Assembly: GCA_965223795.1 (NCBI GenBank)
Contig: CBDCXL010000002.1
Span: 1,728,001 to 1,792,000 of the forward strand
DNA: 64,000 nucleotides
Direction of reading: 5' to 3'
Source of the DNA: Nitrospinales bacterium
GTDB lineage: Bacteria > Nitrospinota > Nitrospinia > Nitrospinales > VA-1
Positions 10,075-20,535 of this stretch are shown here, in pieces. The position numbers were made by a program, and so were the translations under genes. Position 1 is the first letter of the stretch; each line of letters starts with the position of its first letter. The notes under the pieces are model-generated. The model had not been told where the DNA came from, searched no databases, and saw only the letters and a program-made list of their open reading frames with translations.

Positions 10075-10629
10075 GTGTATCTTATTCTGGGCCTCGGTAA
10101 TCCCGGGCCGCGTTATGAACTGACACGGCACAACGCGGGTTTCCTCGTCGCGGACAATCTGGCGGACAAGCACGGCATTGCACTTGCGCGTCATGGTCAC
10201 CAATGCCTCTATGGGCAGGGAATGATCGAGGGCCTCGCGGTTGTGGTTGCCAAGCCCATGACGTACATGAACCGGAGCGGCCGGTCTGCCAAGGCGCTGG
10301 TTTCCGCTTTTGAGATTCTTCCTGAACAGGTCCTTGTCGTGCATGACGACATTGATCTTCCCCTGGGAAAAATCAAAAAGAAGAGCAAAGGGGGGGATGG
10401 AGGCCAGCTCGGCATCCGCTCCATCACCGAATCCCTGCGGACTCCCGAATACCATCGAATCCGCATCGGAATCGGACGGCCCGAAGACCAGGACGATATC
10501 GTCGATTACGTGCTGTCCTCCTTTGAAGAGGAGGAAATGGAAACGTTGAACGAAGTCATCGAAAATGCGGTGCGACTCATAGAAACGACGCTCATGGAAC
10601 TCAACAGAACTCATCAAACGGAGGATTGA
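10075..10629 (+). CDS. pth: peptidyl-tRNA hydrolase
   Basis: [39 protein letters not shown]. Confidence 0.97.
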   Translation: MYLILGLGNPGPRYELTRHNAGFLVADNLADKHGIALARHGHQCLYGQGMIEGLAVVVAKPMTYMNRSGRSAKALVSAFEILPEQVLVVHDDIDLPLGKIKKKSKGGDGGQLGIRSITESLRTPEYHRIRIGIGRPEDQDDIVDYVLSSFEEEEMETLNEVIENAVRLIETTLMELNRTHQTED

Positions 10630-10634
10630 ACAGG

Positions 10635-12710
10635 ATGCTAAAGGAATACACAGGAGAGCTGATCTTTATCGGCATATCCGTTTTGGTTTATGTGTTGATG
10701 GCTCTCTTCGACGCATCGCACAATTTTGTCTATTTCGCCATCGTGTTCGGTTTTTTCGGACTGGTCGTGGCCTGGAAAATATTTGAAAACGTCGACGATC
10801 AGCCGGAAGGCAACGAAAAAATGATGGAGATCGCCGACTCCATCCACGAAGGCGCGATGGTGTTTCTGTCGCGGGAATACCGGATTCTCGGATACTTCAT
10901 CGGCGCGGTCTTCCTGTTATTGCTGGTTGTCATCTCCACCCAGAAAGGGCTGTGGATCGGATTCTGGACGGCGGTTTCCTACGCCATCGGCGCCGGGTGC
11001 TCCATGCTCGCCGGATTTTTCGGCATGAACGCGGCAACGACCGCCAACGTGCGCACATCGCAGGCGGCGAACGACAGCGGCCAGGCCAAGGCTTTGAACA
11101 TCGCGTTCAACGGCGGGTCGGTCATGGGGCTGTGCGTGGCCAGCCTCGGCCTTGTCGGCGTGGGCGGCCTTTTCCTGTTGTTCGCGCGCGGTGATTCCGC
11201 CAGCGTGATCAGCGGTTTTGCCATGGGGGCGAGTTCGATCGCCCTGTTCGCGCGCGTGGGCGGCGGCATCTACACCAAGACCGCGGACGTCGGATCGGAT
11301 CTGGTGGGCAAGGTCGAAGCGGGGATTCCCGAAGACGATCCGCGCAACCCTGGCGTTATCGCCGACAACGTGGGCGACTGCGTGGGCGATACGGCGGGGC
11401 TGGGAGCGGACATTTTCGAATCCTACTGCGGTTCCATGATCGCGACGATCGCCATCGGCGCGGGCATGGCAACGATGAAATTCGAGTACATGGCGCTGCC
11501 GTTGATCGTCGCGATGATCGGTTTGATCTCTTCCATCATTGGCATTCGTGCGATGAACGTGCTGGAAAACATGGACCCCGCCTCGGCGCTGCGCAACTGC
11601 ACGTTCGTCAGCGCGTTCGTCATGCTGTTCGTGTCCGTGATCGTGATCAAGTTCATGGGGCTGCCCTGGGGCGTGTTCTGGGCGCTGCTGTTCGGGTGCG
11701 TGGCCGGCATCGCCATCGGGCTCATCACCGAGTACTACACGGCGCACGGGCCGGTGGTCAAGATCGCCGAATCCAGCAAGACCGGGGTGGCGACAGTGAT
11801 GATCACGGGGCTGGCTGTGGCGATGGAAAGCACGGCGCTGCCGGTGATCATCATAGTGATCGCCATTTTCGCCGGCGCCGAATCGGCAGGCCTTTACGGC
11901 GTGGCGCTGGCGGCGGTGGGCATGCTGGCGACGGTGGGCATCACCATGTCGGTCGACGCTTATGGACCGATCGCGGACAACGCCGGCGGCATCTCCGAAA
12001 TGGCGGGTCTGGGTGAAGACACGCGCAAGATCACAGACGGCCTCGATGCGGTGGGCAACACCACGGCCGCAATCGGCAAAGGGTTCGCCATCGGTTCGGC
12101 GGCGCTGACGGCGCTCGCCCTGTTTTCCGCATACACACAGGCGGCGGGCATCGAATCGATCGACATCACCAAAACGACGGTCATCATCGGCGTGCTGATC
12201 GGCGGCGTGGTGCCCTTTTACGTGGCTTCCTTGACCATGACTTCCGTCGGCAAGGCGGCGTTCACGATGGTGGAGGAAATCCGGCGGCAGTTCCGCGAGA
12301 TACCGGGATTGATGGAAGGCACCGGCAAGCCGGACAGCGCGCGCTGCATCGATATCAGCACACGGGCGGCGCTCAGGGAGATGATCGCACCGGGAGTGAT
12401 CGCGTTTTTAATGCCGATCATCATCGGAACCATTCTGGGAGCGGAAGCGTTGGGCGGCATGCTGGTGGGAGCGACCCTGGCGGGCGTTCTGCTGGCGCTG
12501 TTGATGTCCAACGGCGGCGGCGCCTGGGACAACGCGAAAAAATACGTCGAAAGCGGAAACCTGGGAGGCAAGGGCTCCGAGGCGCACAAGGCGACGGTTG
12601 TCGGCGACACGGTGGGCGATCCGCTCAAGGACACATCGGGCCCGGCGATGAACATCCTCATCAAGTTGATGTCCATCGTTTCTCTGGTGCTGGCGCCGCT
12701 GTTCGTCTGA
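10635..12710 (+). CDS. hppA: membrane-integral pyrophosphatase, K+-dependent, probably Na+-translocating
   Basis: [55 protein letters not shown] 10635 preferred over TTG 10626 on SD spacing. Confidence 0.97.
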   Translation: MLKEYTGELIFIGISVLVYVLMALFDASHNFVYFAIVFGFFGLVVAWKIFENVDDQPEGNEKMMEIADSIHEGAMVFLSREYRILGYFIGAVFLLLLVVISTQKGLWIGFWTAVSYAIGAGCSMLAGFFGMNAATTANVRTSQAANDSGQAKALNIAFNGGSVMGLCVASLGLVGVGGLFLLFARGDSASVISGFAMGASSIALFARVGGGIYTKTADVGSDLVGKVEAGIPEDDPRNPGVIADNVGDCVGDTAGLGADIFESYCGSMIATIAIGAGMATMKFEYMALPLIVAMIGLISSIIGIRAMNVLENMDPASALRNCTFVSAFVMLFVSVIVIKFMGLPWGVFWALLFGCVAGIAIGLITEYYTAHGPVVKIAESSKTGVATVMITGLAVAMESTALPVIIIVIAIFAGAESAGLYGVALAAVGMLATVGITMSVDAYGPIADNAGGISEMAGLGEDTRKITDGLDAVGNTTAAIGKGFAIGSAALTALALFSAYTQAAGIESIDITKTTVIIGVLIGGVVPFYVASLTMTSVGKAAFTMVEEIRRQFREIPGLMEGTGKPDSARCIDISTRAALREMIAPGVIAFLMPIIIGTILGAEALGGMLVGATLAGVLLALLMSNGGGAWDNAKKYVESGNLGGKGSEAHKATVVGDTVGDPLKDTSGPAMNILIKLMSIVSLVLAPLFV

Positions 12711-12729
12711 TCCAATTTTAAACCCAATC

Positions 12730-12762
12730 AAGGGATGGGGGGGTTCCCCCCATCCCTTTTTT
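12730..12762 (+). terminator. intrinsic terminator after hppA
   Basis: AAGGGATGGGGGGG-TT-CCCCCCATCCC followed by a T run. Confidence 0.9.
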
Positions 12763-12835
12763 ATTTTTTGTGAACGCCGGGCGGGAAAGACGGGTTCAAC
12801 CTGATTCCTAACGGCGCGCTGCTTTGCAGGATTCC

Positions 12836-13645
12836 ATGATACAACGACCGATTCGCTTCGGACTGCACGACTTTCTCAACGCGCAGCCGCTGCTCGCTCC
12901 GCTTAGCGGTGAGGATCTTCCTGAAGAGTTTGTGATCGAGCTGGACACGCCTGCCGCACTGGCCGAGCGGCTGGATGCGGGGGAACTGGATCTTGCGATG
13001 ATTCCGGCGGTGGCATTTTTCACCGGCGGCCGCAATTACCGCCTGCTGGATAAAGTCTGCATCGCCTCCTGCGGGAAGGTGGACACGGTTCTCTTCGCCG
13101 TGAAAGCGCCGCTGGCTTCACTTAAAACCATTGCCGTCGATCGCCGGTCTAAAACTTCCATCGCCCTGCTCAAAATTCTCTTTGCCGACCGGTTCGCGCC
13201 CGAGGTCTCGTTTGTGCCGCATGACCCCGATCCCCTGGCCATGCTTCGATCGCATGCGGCGGGTCTGATCATCGGCGATCAGGCACTTGCGGTGCCGCGG
13301 GATCAAACCGGATTGCAGGTGTTTGATCTGAGTGAAGCGTGGTTCGAGAAAACCGGCCTGCCTTTCGTGCATGCGGTGATTGCGGTGCGCAAGGGGGTTT
13401 CGCTTTCACAAAAGCTGCAAGAGCGCATCGTGGCGGCACCGGAGCAAGGCCTCAAACGGATGCAACGCTATTTAAAGCCCTATGCCGATAAACGGGGTCT
13501 GGATGCGGCGGTCTGCGAACACTATCTGAAGAAAAGAATTCTGTATCGTCTCGATACGAAGGAGAAGGAGGGGGTGCTGCTGTTTCAAAAGCTTTGTGTG
13601 GAGCGGGGGCTGGTGCCGGAAATGACGCCGATCGAGTTTTATTGA
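12836..13645 (+). CDS. mqnA: chorismate dehydratase (futalosine pathway)
   Basis: FLNAQPL, PAALAERL..GELDLAMIP, SKTS..LLKIL, LIIGDQAL, DLSEAW...TGLPFVHAV. Confidence 0.9.
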   Translation: MIQRPIRFGLHDFLNAQPLLAPLSGEDLPEEFVIELDTPAALAERLDAGELDLAMIPAVAFFTGGRNYRLLDKVCIASCGKVDTVLFAVKAPLASLKTIAVDRRSKTSIALLKILFADRFAPEVSFVPHDPDPLAMLRSHAAGLIIGDQALAVPRDQTGLQVFDLSEAWFEKTGLPFVHAVIAVRKGVSLSQKLQERIVAAPEQGLKRMQRYLKPYADKRGLDAAVCEHYLKKRILYRLDTKEKEGVLLFQKLCVERGLVPEMTPIEFY

Positions 13646-13663
13646 ATGTAGGCTCAAACAACC

Positions 13664-13691
13664 GCCCGCCCGCGGTTTCCCGCGGACGGGC
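13664..13691. terminator. GC-rich hairpin between convergent genes
   Basis: GCCCGCCCGCGG-TTTC-CCGCGGACGGGC; no clear U-tract. Confidence 0.5.
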
Positions 13692-13697
13692 CGGATG

Positions 13698-15692
13698 TCA
13701 TCCTTTTTTGCCGGATAAGTTGAACGCGGATTTGAAAAAATCGGCCACTTTCTGGGCGGAGTTTTCGATGAAGTCGAGGTAGCCGCGCACGTTTTCCGGA
13801 CGATCCTCCTTAGATGCATCGGCCGGGGTTTCCGCCGCCGCTTCGGCGCTCATGCTGGCGGAATGGGCTTCCGTCCCGTCCATGGCTTCCACCACTTCCT
13901 GTGTCTCTTCAGCCGGCTCGGCGGATTCGGACTCTTCAGCTTCTTCGGCTTCGGTCTGCTCGGTAGCGTCCGCGGTTTCTTCTGCTGCCTCGGCGGGAGC
14001 CGCTTCCGCTGCGACCTCTTCCGCGCTGTCCTCACTTTCCCCGGCGGCATCGGCTTCCTCGGTTGCCTCAGCAGATTCTTCCGCTTCCGTGGGCTCCGGT
14101 GCTTCAGCCGTTTCGGTTTCAGCGGTCTCGGCTGTTTCGGCTTCTGCAGACTCGGTTTCCTCAGCGGCTTCTTCAGCTTCCGGAGCTTCGGCGGTTTCCG
14201 CTGTCTCGGCATCCGCGGTGTCGGTTGCCTGTTCGGATTCAGCGGTTTCGCTTTCTTCAGATGCCGGCGTTTCCTCCGGGGCTACCGCCACGTCTTCGTC
14301 GGGAATGTCGGTGCTTGCGGCGGTTTCTGGAGCTTCTTCGGTTTCCTCAGAGGATTCTTCCGCTTCCGTGGACTCTGTAGCTTCAGCCGTTTCGGTTTCA
14401 GCGGTCTCGGCTGTTTCGGCTTCTGCAGACTCGGTTTCCTCAGCGGCTTCTTCAGCCTCCGGAGCTTCGGTGGCTTCCGCAGCTACGGTTTCCTCAGCGG
14501 CTTCTTCCGCTTCGGCCGCTTCGGCTTCCTCAGTGGCGGCTTCCACATCGGCGGTCGCTTCTTCCACAGGTGTTGCCTCCGGGGCTAACGCGATTTCTTC
14601 ATCGGGGATGTCGGTGCTGACTTCTGCTTCCTCAGTCGCTGCTTCCGCGGCTTCACTTTCGGTCGCTTCTTCCTGCACGGGCGCTTCCGCCATTTCCGCG
14701 CCTTCTTCTACAGCGGCAGCCGGGGCGTCGGCTGTGGTCGCTGCGCTTTCTTCTTCACCGTCGTCTTGGGCGGCATCGGCGGTTTCTTCTGCTTCGGTTT
14801 CATCGCCGGAAGCCTCGGCGCTGCTCTCCTCGGTGGATTCAGACGCTTCACCGGAACTGTCGGTGGAATCAGCTGCGGCGGTGTCCCCGGCGGCAGAATC
14901 CTCAGCGCTGTCTGCTTCTTCCGCCTCAGCGGTTTCTTCTGCCGCTTCCTCGACGTCGGCCGCATCTGCTGTTTCCGCCGCCTCGCTGTCGGATGTTGCA
15001 GGAGCTTCCGCACTTTCTTCGGCTTCGGTTGCTTCAGCCGTTTCTCCGGCTTCCTGTGCGCCCGATCCCTGCGGGTTCATTGCAATCTCTTCGTCGGGGA
15101 TGTCTTCGGCAACGATTTCAACGTTGGTGGCCTCGGCGGCTGCCGTTTCATTTTCCTGTGCCGCCTGTGCGGTGTCGCCGACGCTTTCCTCCTTGATGTC
15201 GACCACTTCCACTTCGTGTTCGCTGCTGGCGGACTTGACCGTCATGCTGACGGAGGGCCCTCCGGATGCGGCGGCCGTTGTTGAAGCCGGCTGCGGATCC
15301 ATGCGTGCGGCCACTTCCTGTTTCAGCGTGTTCAGTTCTTTCTTTAGGGCCGATAGCGATTCGGGAGTCTGGAACGGGGCGCTGGCTTCGGACTCCAGGC
15401 CTTTAAGCCGAGTCTGCATGGTTCCCAGCAGCGACTGAATTTCATCTATGGATTCCTGCTTGCTTTGCGACTGCTGGTACAGGGCGATCGACAGACCAAC
15501 GGCCAATATCACAAGAGCCGCCAGGGCGATCGGAGTGTAGGATTTGCTGCCCTGCTGCGAGGAAGCGTTTTTTGCTTCCTCGCCGGGATTTTCAGTTGAA
15601 GACTGGCTGGGTTCGGTGTCGTTGTTTGAGGATTTTTCGGTGTTTTGTTCTTCGGGGCCGGATTTCTTTTTGTTGTCTTTCTTCTTTTTCAT
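13698..15692 (-). CDS. membrane-anchored, very acidic Glu/Ala/Thr-rich low-complexity protein
   Basis: Basic N-terminus, one TM (IALAALVILAVGLSIALY), short coiled coil, long E/A/T/S tract, amphipathic C-terminus. Confidence 0.85.
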   Translation of the reverse strand: MKKKKDNKKKSGPEEQNTEKSSNNDTEPSQSSTENPGEEAKNASSQQGSKSYTPIALAALVILAVGLSIALYQQSQSKQESIDEIQSLLGTMQTRLKGLESEASAPFQTPESLSALKKELNTLKQEVAARMDPQPASTTAAASGGPSVSMTVKSASSEHEVEVVDIKEESVGDTAQAAQENETAAAEATNVEIVAEDIPDEEIAMNPQGSGAQEAGETAEATEAEESAEAPATSDSEAAETADAADVEEAAEETAEAEEADSAEDSAAGDTAAADSTDSSGEASESTEESSAEASGDETEAEETADAAQDDGEEESAATTADAPAAAVEEGAEMAEAPVQEEATESEAAEAATEEAEVSTDIPDEEIALAPEATPVEEATADVEAATEEAEAAEAEEAAEETVAAEATEAPEAEEAAEETESAEAETAETAETETAEATESTEAEESSEETEEAPETAASTDIPDEDVAVAPEETPASEESETAESEQATDTADAETAETAEAPEAEEAAEETESAEAETAETAETETAEAPEPTEAEESAEATEEADAAGESEDSAEEVAAEAAPAEAAEETADATEQTEAEEAEESESAEPAEETQEVVEAMDGTEAHSASMSAEAAAETPADASKEDRPENVRGYLDFIENSAQKVADFFKSAFNLSGKKG
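14074..14470. repeat. intragenic near-identical direct repeat (about 118 bp x2, period 279 bp)
   Basis: GATTCTTCCGCTTCCGTGG...CCGGAGCTTCGG at about 14074-14191 and 14353-14470; encodes APEAEEAAEETESAEAETAETAETETAEA. Confidence 0.9.
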
Positions 15693-15765
15693 GGCGAAGG
15701 TTGCCCATCTCAGGCGGCATTAAAGGGTCCACGTGCTTACGATGGAGAGGCGTGTCCGCTTCCCA

Positions 15766-16644
15766 TCAATGAATGATTTTGTTGAGCGGGTATTCCACAA
15801 TGTCTTCGGCGCCGGCCTGCTTGAGGTCGGGTGCGATGGTGCGCACCATTTTTTCGTCCAGGATCACGCTGATATCGACCCAGTTCTCATCGCTGAGTTG
15901 AGCGATGGTCGGTTTTTTTTCCGGAGGCAGGATTTTCAGGATCGCGTCCAGTCTGGATCTGGGGACGTTCATCATCAGGCCCACTTTTCCATTGGCGGCC
16001 ATGGCGCTTTTGAGCATCAGGACGAGGCGTTCGGCTTTGTCCTTTTTCCAGGTATCCTTATAGGAGTCCCGGTTCATGATGAATTTGGTGTTGGATTGCA
16101 TGAGCGTGTCGACAATCCGCAGATTGTTGGCGCGCAGGGAGCTGCCGGTTTCGGTGATTTCCACGATGGCGTCCACCAGCTTGGGAGGTTTCACTTCGGT
16201 GGCGCCCCAGGAAAACTCGACGTTTGCGGTGACGCCGTGCTTTTTGAGGTAATCGACGGTCATGTTCACGGCTTCGGTTGCGATGCGCTTGCCCTGCAGG
16301 TCCTTGACCGTCTTGATGGACGAGTCGTTGGGAACGGCGAGCACCCAACGGACCGGCCTTGAAGACTGCTTGGAGTAGACCAGATCTGCGACCTCCACGA
16401 CATCGGCGCGGTTTTCCATGACCCAGTCCTTACCGGTGAGGCCGACATCGAGAACGCCGTCGGCGACGTAGCGCGCGATCTCCTGGGCGCGGATCAGCAT
16501 GCATTCGATTTCATCGTCGTCGATGCTGGGAAAATAGGACCGGCTCTTGATTTTGACTTCGTAGCCCGCTTTGGCGAACAGCTTGACGGTCGCCTCTTCC
16601 AGACTGCCTTTGGGGATGCCTAATTTTAAAACATTGCCGCTCAT
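15766..16644 (-). CDS. hisG: ATP phosphoribosyltransferase (long form)
   Basis: [35 protein letters not shown]-terminal regulatory domain. Confidence 0.97.
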   Translation of the reverse strand: MSGNVLKLGIPKGSLEEATVKLFAKAGYEVKIKSRSYFPSIDDDEIECMLIRAQEIARYVADGVLDVGLTGKDWVMENRADVVEVADLVYSKQSSRPVRWVLAVPNDSSIKTVKDLQGKRIATEAVNMTVDYLKKHGVTANVEFSWGATEVKPPKLVDAIVEITETGSSLRANNLRIVDTLMQSNTKFIMNRDSYKDTWKKDKAERLVLMLKSAMAANGKVGLMMNVPRSRLDAILKILPPEKKPTIAQLSDENWVDISVILDEKMVRTIAPDLKQAGAEDIVEYPLNKIIH

Positions 16645-16681
16645 TTGGGTATTGTTCTTTCAGCGTTACAAGATGGGGTTG

Positions 16682-17056
16682 TCAGGATTTTTTGTAGACT
16701 TTACTCGGGTCGAAGACTTTTTCTTCAACCACTTCAAGCTCGCCGTTGAGCCTGCGGAAAAAACAACTGGTGTATCCTTTGTGGCAGGCGGCTTTGCCCA
16801 CCTGCTCGACCTTCAGCAATACCGTGTCGTCGTCACAATCGACATAGACTTCCTTGACGACCTGCACATTGCCGCTTTCTTCTCCCTTCATCCATTGCTT
16901 GTCGCGGGAGCGGCTGTAAAACCAGGCTTTGCCTGTTTCCAGGGTTTTTTCCCAGGCGATGGGATTCATATAGGCGAGCATCAGCACCTGCCCCGATTCC
17001 GCGTCCTGAATGATGGCGGGAACCAGGCCACCCATCTTCTCAAAATCCAGTTTCAT
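16682..17056 (-). CDS. hisI: phosphoribosyl-AMP cyclohydrolase
   Basis: [13 protein letters not shown]...[22 protein letters not shown]. Confidence 0.97.
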   Translation of the reverse strand: MKLDFEKMGGLVPAIIQDAESGQVLMLAYMNPIAWEKTLETGKAWFYSRSRDKQWMKGEESGNVQVVKEVYVDCDDDTVLLKVEQVGKAACHKGYTSCFFRRLNGELEVVEEKVFDPSKVYKKS

Positions 17057-17079
17057 TTGTTCCTCCGGTGAAACTCGGA

Positions 17080-17108
17080 AATCTAAAATATTATTGATTT
17101 TCTGTCAA
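17080..17108 (-). promoter_or_regulatory. sigma70-like promoter of hisI-hisG
   Basis: TTGACA-N17-TAGATT on the minus strand, just upstream of a GGAGG SD. Confidence 0.65.
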
Positions 17109-17243
17109 CCTTATAATAGCCTGTTGAAAATCATTTATAAAGTTAGACTTGGATAAATTTTTTCGCCGTTTCTATTCCGTAGCTTGCGATCAACCCATTA
17201 AAAAACAACGTGTTTTGACCGGCTCGTTTGCGAGGGGGACGTC

Positions 17244-17864
17244 ATGCCTTCCATCACTCATTTTGAGATTTACAAACCCGCCGAACCGTGTGCTTTGACG
17301 GGTGAAAAACTGCGGGAAACCATGGAAAAAACGCTCAATGAGTGTCTGTCTTCCGATGGCAAGGAATTCAATCTCAAGGGATACTGCGTCGGTTCCAACG
17401 GGATGAGCCTGTTTTCCATCGATGAGCGCCTGAGCAAGGTAAAACGTCTGAACCTGGGAGGCAACCGGATCGGCGACAAAGGCGTGCGGATGCTTGCGGA
17501 ATCGGAGATTTTTTCCAAAGTGAACTGGCTGGAGCTGGGAGGAAACGATGTCGGGCCCGAGGGGGTCGGTCACCTGGTGGCGTCGAAGGTGCTGAAAAAA
17601 GTCAAAACCCTCAATCTGTACCGCAACTACATCAAGGACGAAGGCGCAAAGCTTTTAGCCGAACGCAATGAACTTGAGAAAATTGAAGATCTCGATCTGG
17701 CGCAGAATGAAATCGGCGATGCGGGGATTCTGGCGCTGTCCGTATCGAATCGGTTTCCCAATCTGGTCGCGGCTTATCTGGACAACAATTTTGCGTCCAT
17801 GCTCGCCAAGGAAAGAGCCAAGCAAGGACCGAATTTCAAAAAACTGCAATCCCTCAACCTGTGA
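17244..17864 (+). CDS. leucine-rich-repeat protein (RI-like, about 28-aa repeats)
   Basis: LNLGGNRIGDKGVRMLA, LELGGNDVGPEGVGHLV, LNLYRNYIKDEGAKLLA, LDLAQNEIGDAGILALS. Confidence 0.9.
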   Translation: MPSITHFEIYKPAEPCALTGEKLRETMEKTLNECLSSDGKEFNLKGYCVGSNGMSLFSIDERLSKVKRLNLGGNRIGDKGVRMLAESEIFSKVNWLELGGNDVGPEGVGHLVASKVLKKVKTLNLYRNYIKDEGAKLLAERNELEKIEDLDLAQNEIGDAGILALSVSNRFPNLVAAYLDNNFASMLAKERAKQGPNFKKLQSLNL

Positions 17865-17937
17865 CCCAGGCTGTTTGGACCGAACGGCATGTTGTTCCGC
17901 AGGTGGCGGTGTTTCGTTTACAATTTAATGAGGCGTA

Positions 17938-18507
17938 ATGAATCAACCTTACGGTAAGGGTTCTTTTCTGATTGCCAATCCGGTATTGCCGGATCCCAAT
18001 TTTTCAAGGACGGTCGTCCTGCTGTGCAACCACGATGAGCACGGCTCGTTCGGTCTCGTCATCAATAAAGTAGCGCCTCTGGATCCTGCCGAGGTGTTTG
18101 AAAAGATCAACATCGACCGGCTGCAGTCCTTCAAGGGCAAGGTGTACATCGGCGGTCCCGTTTCCCAGTCGCAGATGTTTTACGTCTGCCGGTCCCAGGA
18201 AGCCATACCGGAGCTGGACCAGATCTGCGAAGGCGTGCACCTGGGGCTGGACTGGAATTATCTTGAAAAGGTGGTGGAGCGGATTCCCGATCCGGAGACC
18301 AACCTGCGTTTTTACCTGGGATATTCCGGCTGGGCGGCGGGTCAGCTCGCGGGAGAGATGGATCAAAGGAGCTGGCTCACCTGCGATGCCAAGGAGCAGT
18401 TCGTTTTCGAGCCCAGCGAAGATCAAATCTGGCCCGCTGTGGTCCGGTCGATGGGAAAAGAATACGAGTATCTGATCAAGGCCCCGGTCAATCCTTCCCT
18501 GAACTGA
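17938..18507 (+). CDS. YqgE/AlgH-family protein
   Basis: LIANP.LPDPNFSRTVVLLC.H...GSFGLVIN, GGPV, LGYSGW..GQL..E. Confidence 0.95.
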   Translation: MNQPYGKGSFLIANPVLPDPNFSRTVVLLCNHDEHGSFGLVINKVAPLDPAEVFEKINIDRLQSFKGKVYIGGPVSQSQMFYVCRSQEAIPELDQICEGVHLGLDWNYLEKVVERIPDPETNLRFYLGYSGWAAGQLAGEMDQRSWLTCDAKEQFVFEPSEDQIWPAVVRSMGKEYEYLIKAPVNPSLN

Positions 18508-18577
18508 GGGGAGACCCCCCGGCAGCGCACAGTGGGGCTGAAACGAAAACCGCTCGATCCGGCCGAATGTTTTCCCG

Positions 18578-19480
18578 ATGAAAACCTTGCACACCCCGCC
18601 TCCTTCCGAGCAGCTCTACGAATCCCATGTGCCGGAACGCTTCGCCGGACTTTCCATCGAGCGCTATTTTGCGTCGCGTTTCGGGTATCAGACGGAAACG
18701 CAATGGAAGCGCACGATCGACGAAGGACGCATCACCGTCAACGGCCAGCGCGCGGCGGTGGGAACGCGGGTGCGCTCTCAGGATAAAATTGTGACGCGCA
18801 TGGGAGTGCGCTCAGAGCCTCCCGCCAACCGTTCCCTGGATGTGATCTTCGAGGACCGGCATCTCCGCGCTTTCAACAAGGCCGCTCCCATTCCGGTGCA
18901 TCCGAGCGGCCGGTTTTTCAGGAACAGCATGACCGAGCTTTTGAAGTCGGCGTATCCCGGCGAAGTTCCCCGCCCGGTGCAACGGCTGGACGCGGCGACC
19001 ACGGGCGTGCTGGTGTTTGCCCGTTCGAAAACGGCGGCGGCGCATCTGATGCGTGCTTTTCAGGAGCAGACGATTCACAAGGAATACCTGGCTCTGGTCG
19101 AGGGGATTCCTGAACAAAGAAAGTTCACCGTGCGTGCGGCGATCGCAAAACCCAACGGGTCCAAGCGGGCGATCGGCGATGCACTGCCCAACGCCAAGCC
19201 CGCGGAAACGGATTTTGAACGCTTGACCGCTTTGAATGACCGGTCCCTGCTCAGAGTGGTCCCGCGCTCCGGGCGCACCAATCAGATCCGGGTGCATCTG
19301 AGCCACCTGGGCTTTCCGGTCGTCAACGATCCGGTTTACGGCAGCGCGCGGAATCGAGGCGAAGCGATGGGGCTGCACGCATTGAAACTCCGTTTCGATC
19401 TTTTTGAAACGCGGATGCAATTCACCGCCGCGCCGCCCGCGCATTTTGCGCCTTATCTTGAAACCGCCGGGATCGCATGA
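18578..19480 (+). CDS. RluA/RluD-family pseudouridine synthase with S4 domain
   Basis: NKAA.IPVHPSG, QRLDAATTG, SGRTNQIRVHL. Confidence 0.93.
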   Translation: MKTLHTPPPSEQLYESHVPERFAGLSIERYFASRFGYQTETQWKRTIDEGRITVNGQRAAVGTRVRSQDKIVTRMGVRSEPPANRSLDVIFEDRHLRAFNKAAPIPVHPSGRFFRNSMTELLKSAYPGEVPRPVQRLDAATTGVLVFARSKTAAAHLMRAFQEQTIHKEYLALVEGIPEQRKFTVRAAIAKPNGSKRAIGDALPNAKPAETDFERLTALNDRSLLRVVPRSGRTNQIRVHLSHLGFPVVNDPVYGSARNRGEAMGLHALKLRFDLFETRMQFTAAPPAHFAPYLETAGIA

Positions 19481-20517
19481 AAACCGGGACTGTCAACGCA
19501 AGAGCGGGATCCCAAAACGCGGGCCTGTTCGCCAGAGCGCGCAACCGGTTCTGGCTTGCGCCCATGGCGGGTATCACCGACGTGGTGTTCCGCGCACTGA
19601 TGGATGAAATGGGTGCGGGGGTGCTCGTCTCGGAGCTGGTTTCTTCGAAAGGGCTGATGTACCATTCGGCAAAAACGCGCAAGATGATGCGCATCCATCC
19701 GGGCCGCAAGACGATCGTCGGCATCCAGCTGTTCGGAGAATCCGCCGAGGAGATCATCGAAGCAGCCTGGAAGGTGCAGGAGGAGGGCGCGGATTTCATC
19801 GACATCAACCTCGGCTGTCCGGTGAAAAAGGTGGTGAAGAAGGGCTGCGGCGCCGCGTTGATGCGCGATCCCGCATACCTGGAGTCGTTTCTGACTCAAA
19901 TCAAGCGCGGTATCCCGCTGCCCCTCACGGTCAAGATGCGCACCGGCTGGAACGAGGAAGAGCTGACCATCCACGAATGTGTGCGCGCCGCCGCCAACGC
20001 CGGCTGCGAGTGGGTGGCGATCCACGGCCGCACCCGTGCCCAGGGCTATGAGGGACGGGCGGACTGGGATCTGATCGCCGAGGTGAAACAGAACGCGGCG
20101 CTTCCCATCATCGGCAACGGCGACATCCGCGACGCGGAACGCGCGCAACACTGCCTGGAGCACTACGGGGTCGACGCGGTGATGATCGGCCGCGGCGCGC
20201 TGCGCAATCCCTGGATTTTCCGCGAATGCGTGGGACGCGACGATAGGGAAACCCTGCCCCCGCTCGATCTGTTGTCGCGCTACCTGACGGGCTTGAGAAC
20301 CTATTACGACACGCGCATCACGCTCATCCTGCTGCGTAAATTCGCCACCTGGCTGGCGCACGGCTACCCCGGCGCCGCCGAGTTCAGGCGGGAAGTGTTT
20401 CAGGTTTCCGCGTCCGACGACGTCCTGGCGTACGCGGGCGCGTTCTTTGAAGCCCGGGCGAATTTGGGTCCCCGGTTCGAAGAATCCGAAGCGTTCCTCA
20501 TGGGCGGACATGGTTGA
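19477..20517 (+). CDS. dusB: tRNA-dihydrouridine synthase
   Basis: LAPMAGITD, DINLGCP, TVKMRTGW, IHGRTR, GNGDI, MIGRGALRNPW. Confidence 0.92.
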   Translation: MKTGTVNARAGSQNAGLFARARNRFWLAPMAGITDVVFRALMDEMGAGVLVSELVSSKGLMYHSAKTRKMMRIHPGRKTIVGIQLFGESAEEIIEAAWKVQEEGADFIDINLGCPVKKVVKKGCGAALMRDPAYLESFLTQIKRGIPLPLTVKMRTGWNEEELTIHECVRAAANAGCEWVAIHGRTRAQGYEGRADWDLIAEVKQNAALPIIGNGDIRDAERAQHCLEHYGVDAVMIGRGALRNPWIFRECVGRDDRETLPPLDLLSRYLTGLRTYYDTRITLILLRKFATWLAHGYPGAAEFRREVFQVSASDDVLAYAGAFFEARANLGPRFEESEAFLMGGHG

Positions 20518-20535
20518 CAACGTACCTCTTAGCCT

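Noticed and set aside
14074..14470. Direct repeat considered as CRISPR or mobile-element ends
   Set aside because: Only two copies, in frame inside a low-complexity CDS; no spacers, cas genes or transposase
13852..15438. 528-aa Ser/Ala-rich plus-strand ORF
   Set aside because: Antisense shadow of the Glu/Ala-rich gene; the minus frame has the TM and sensible architecture
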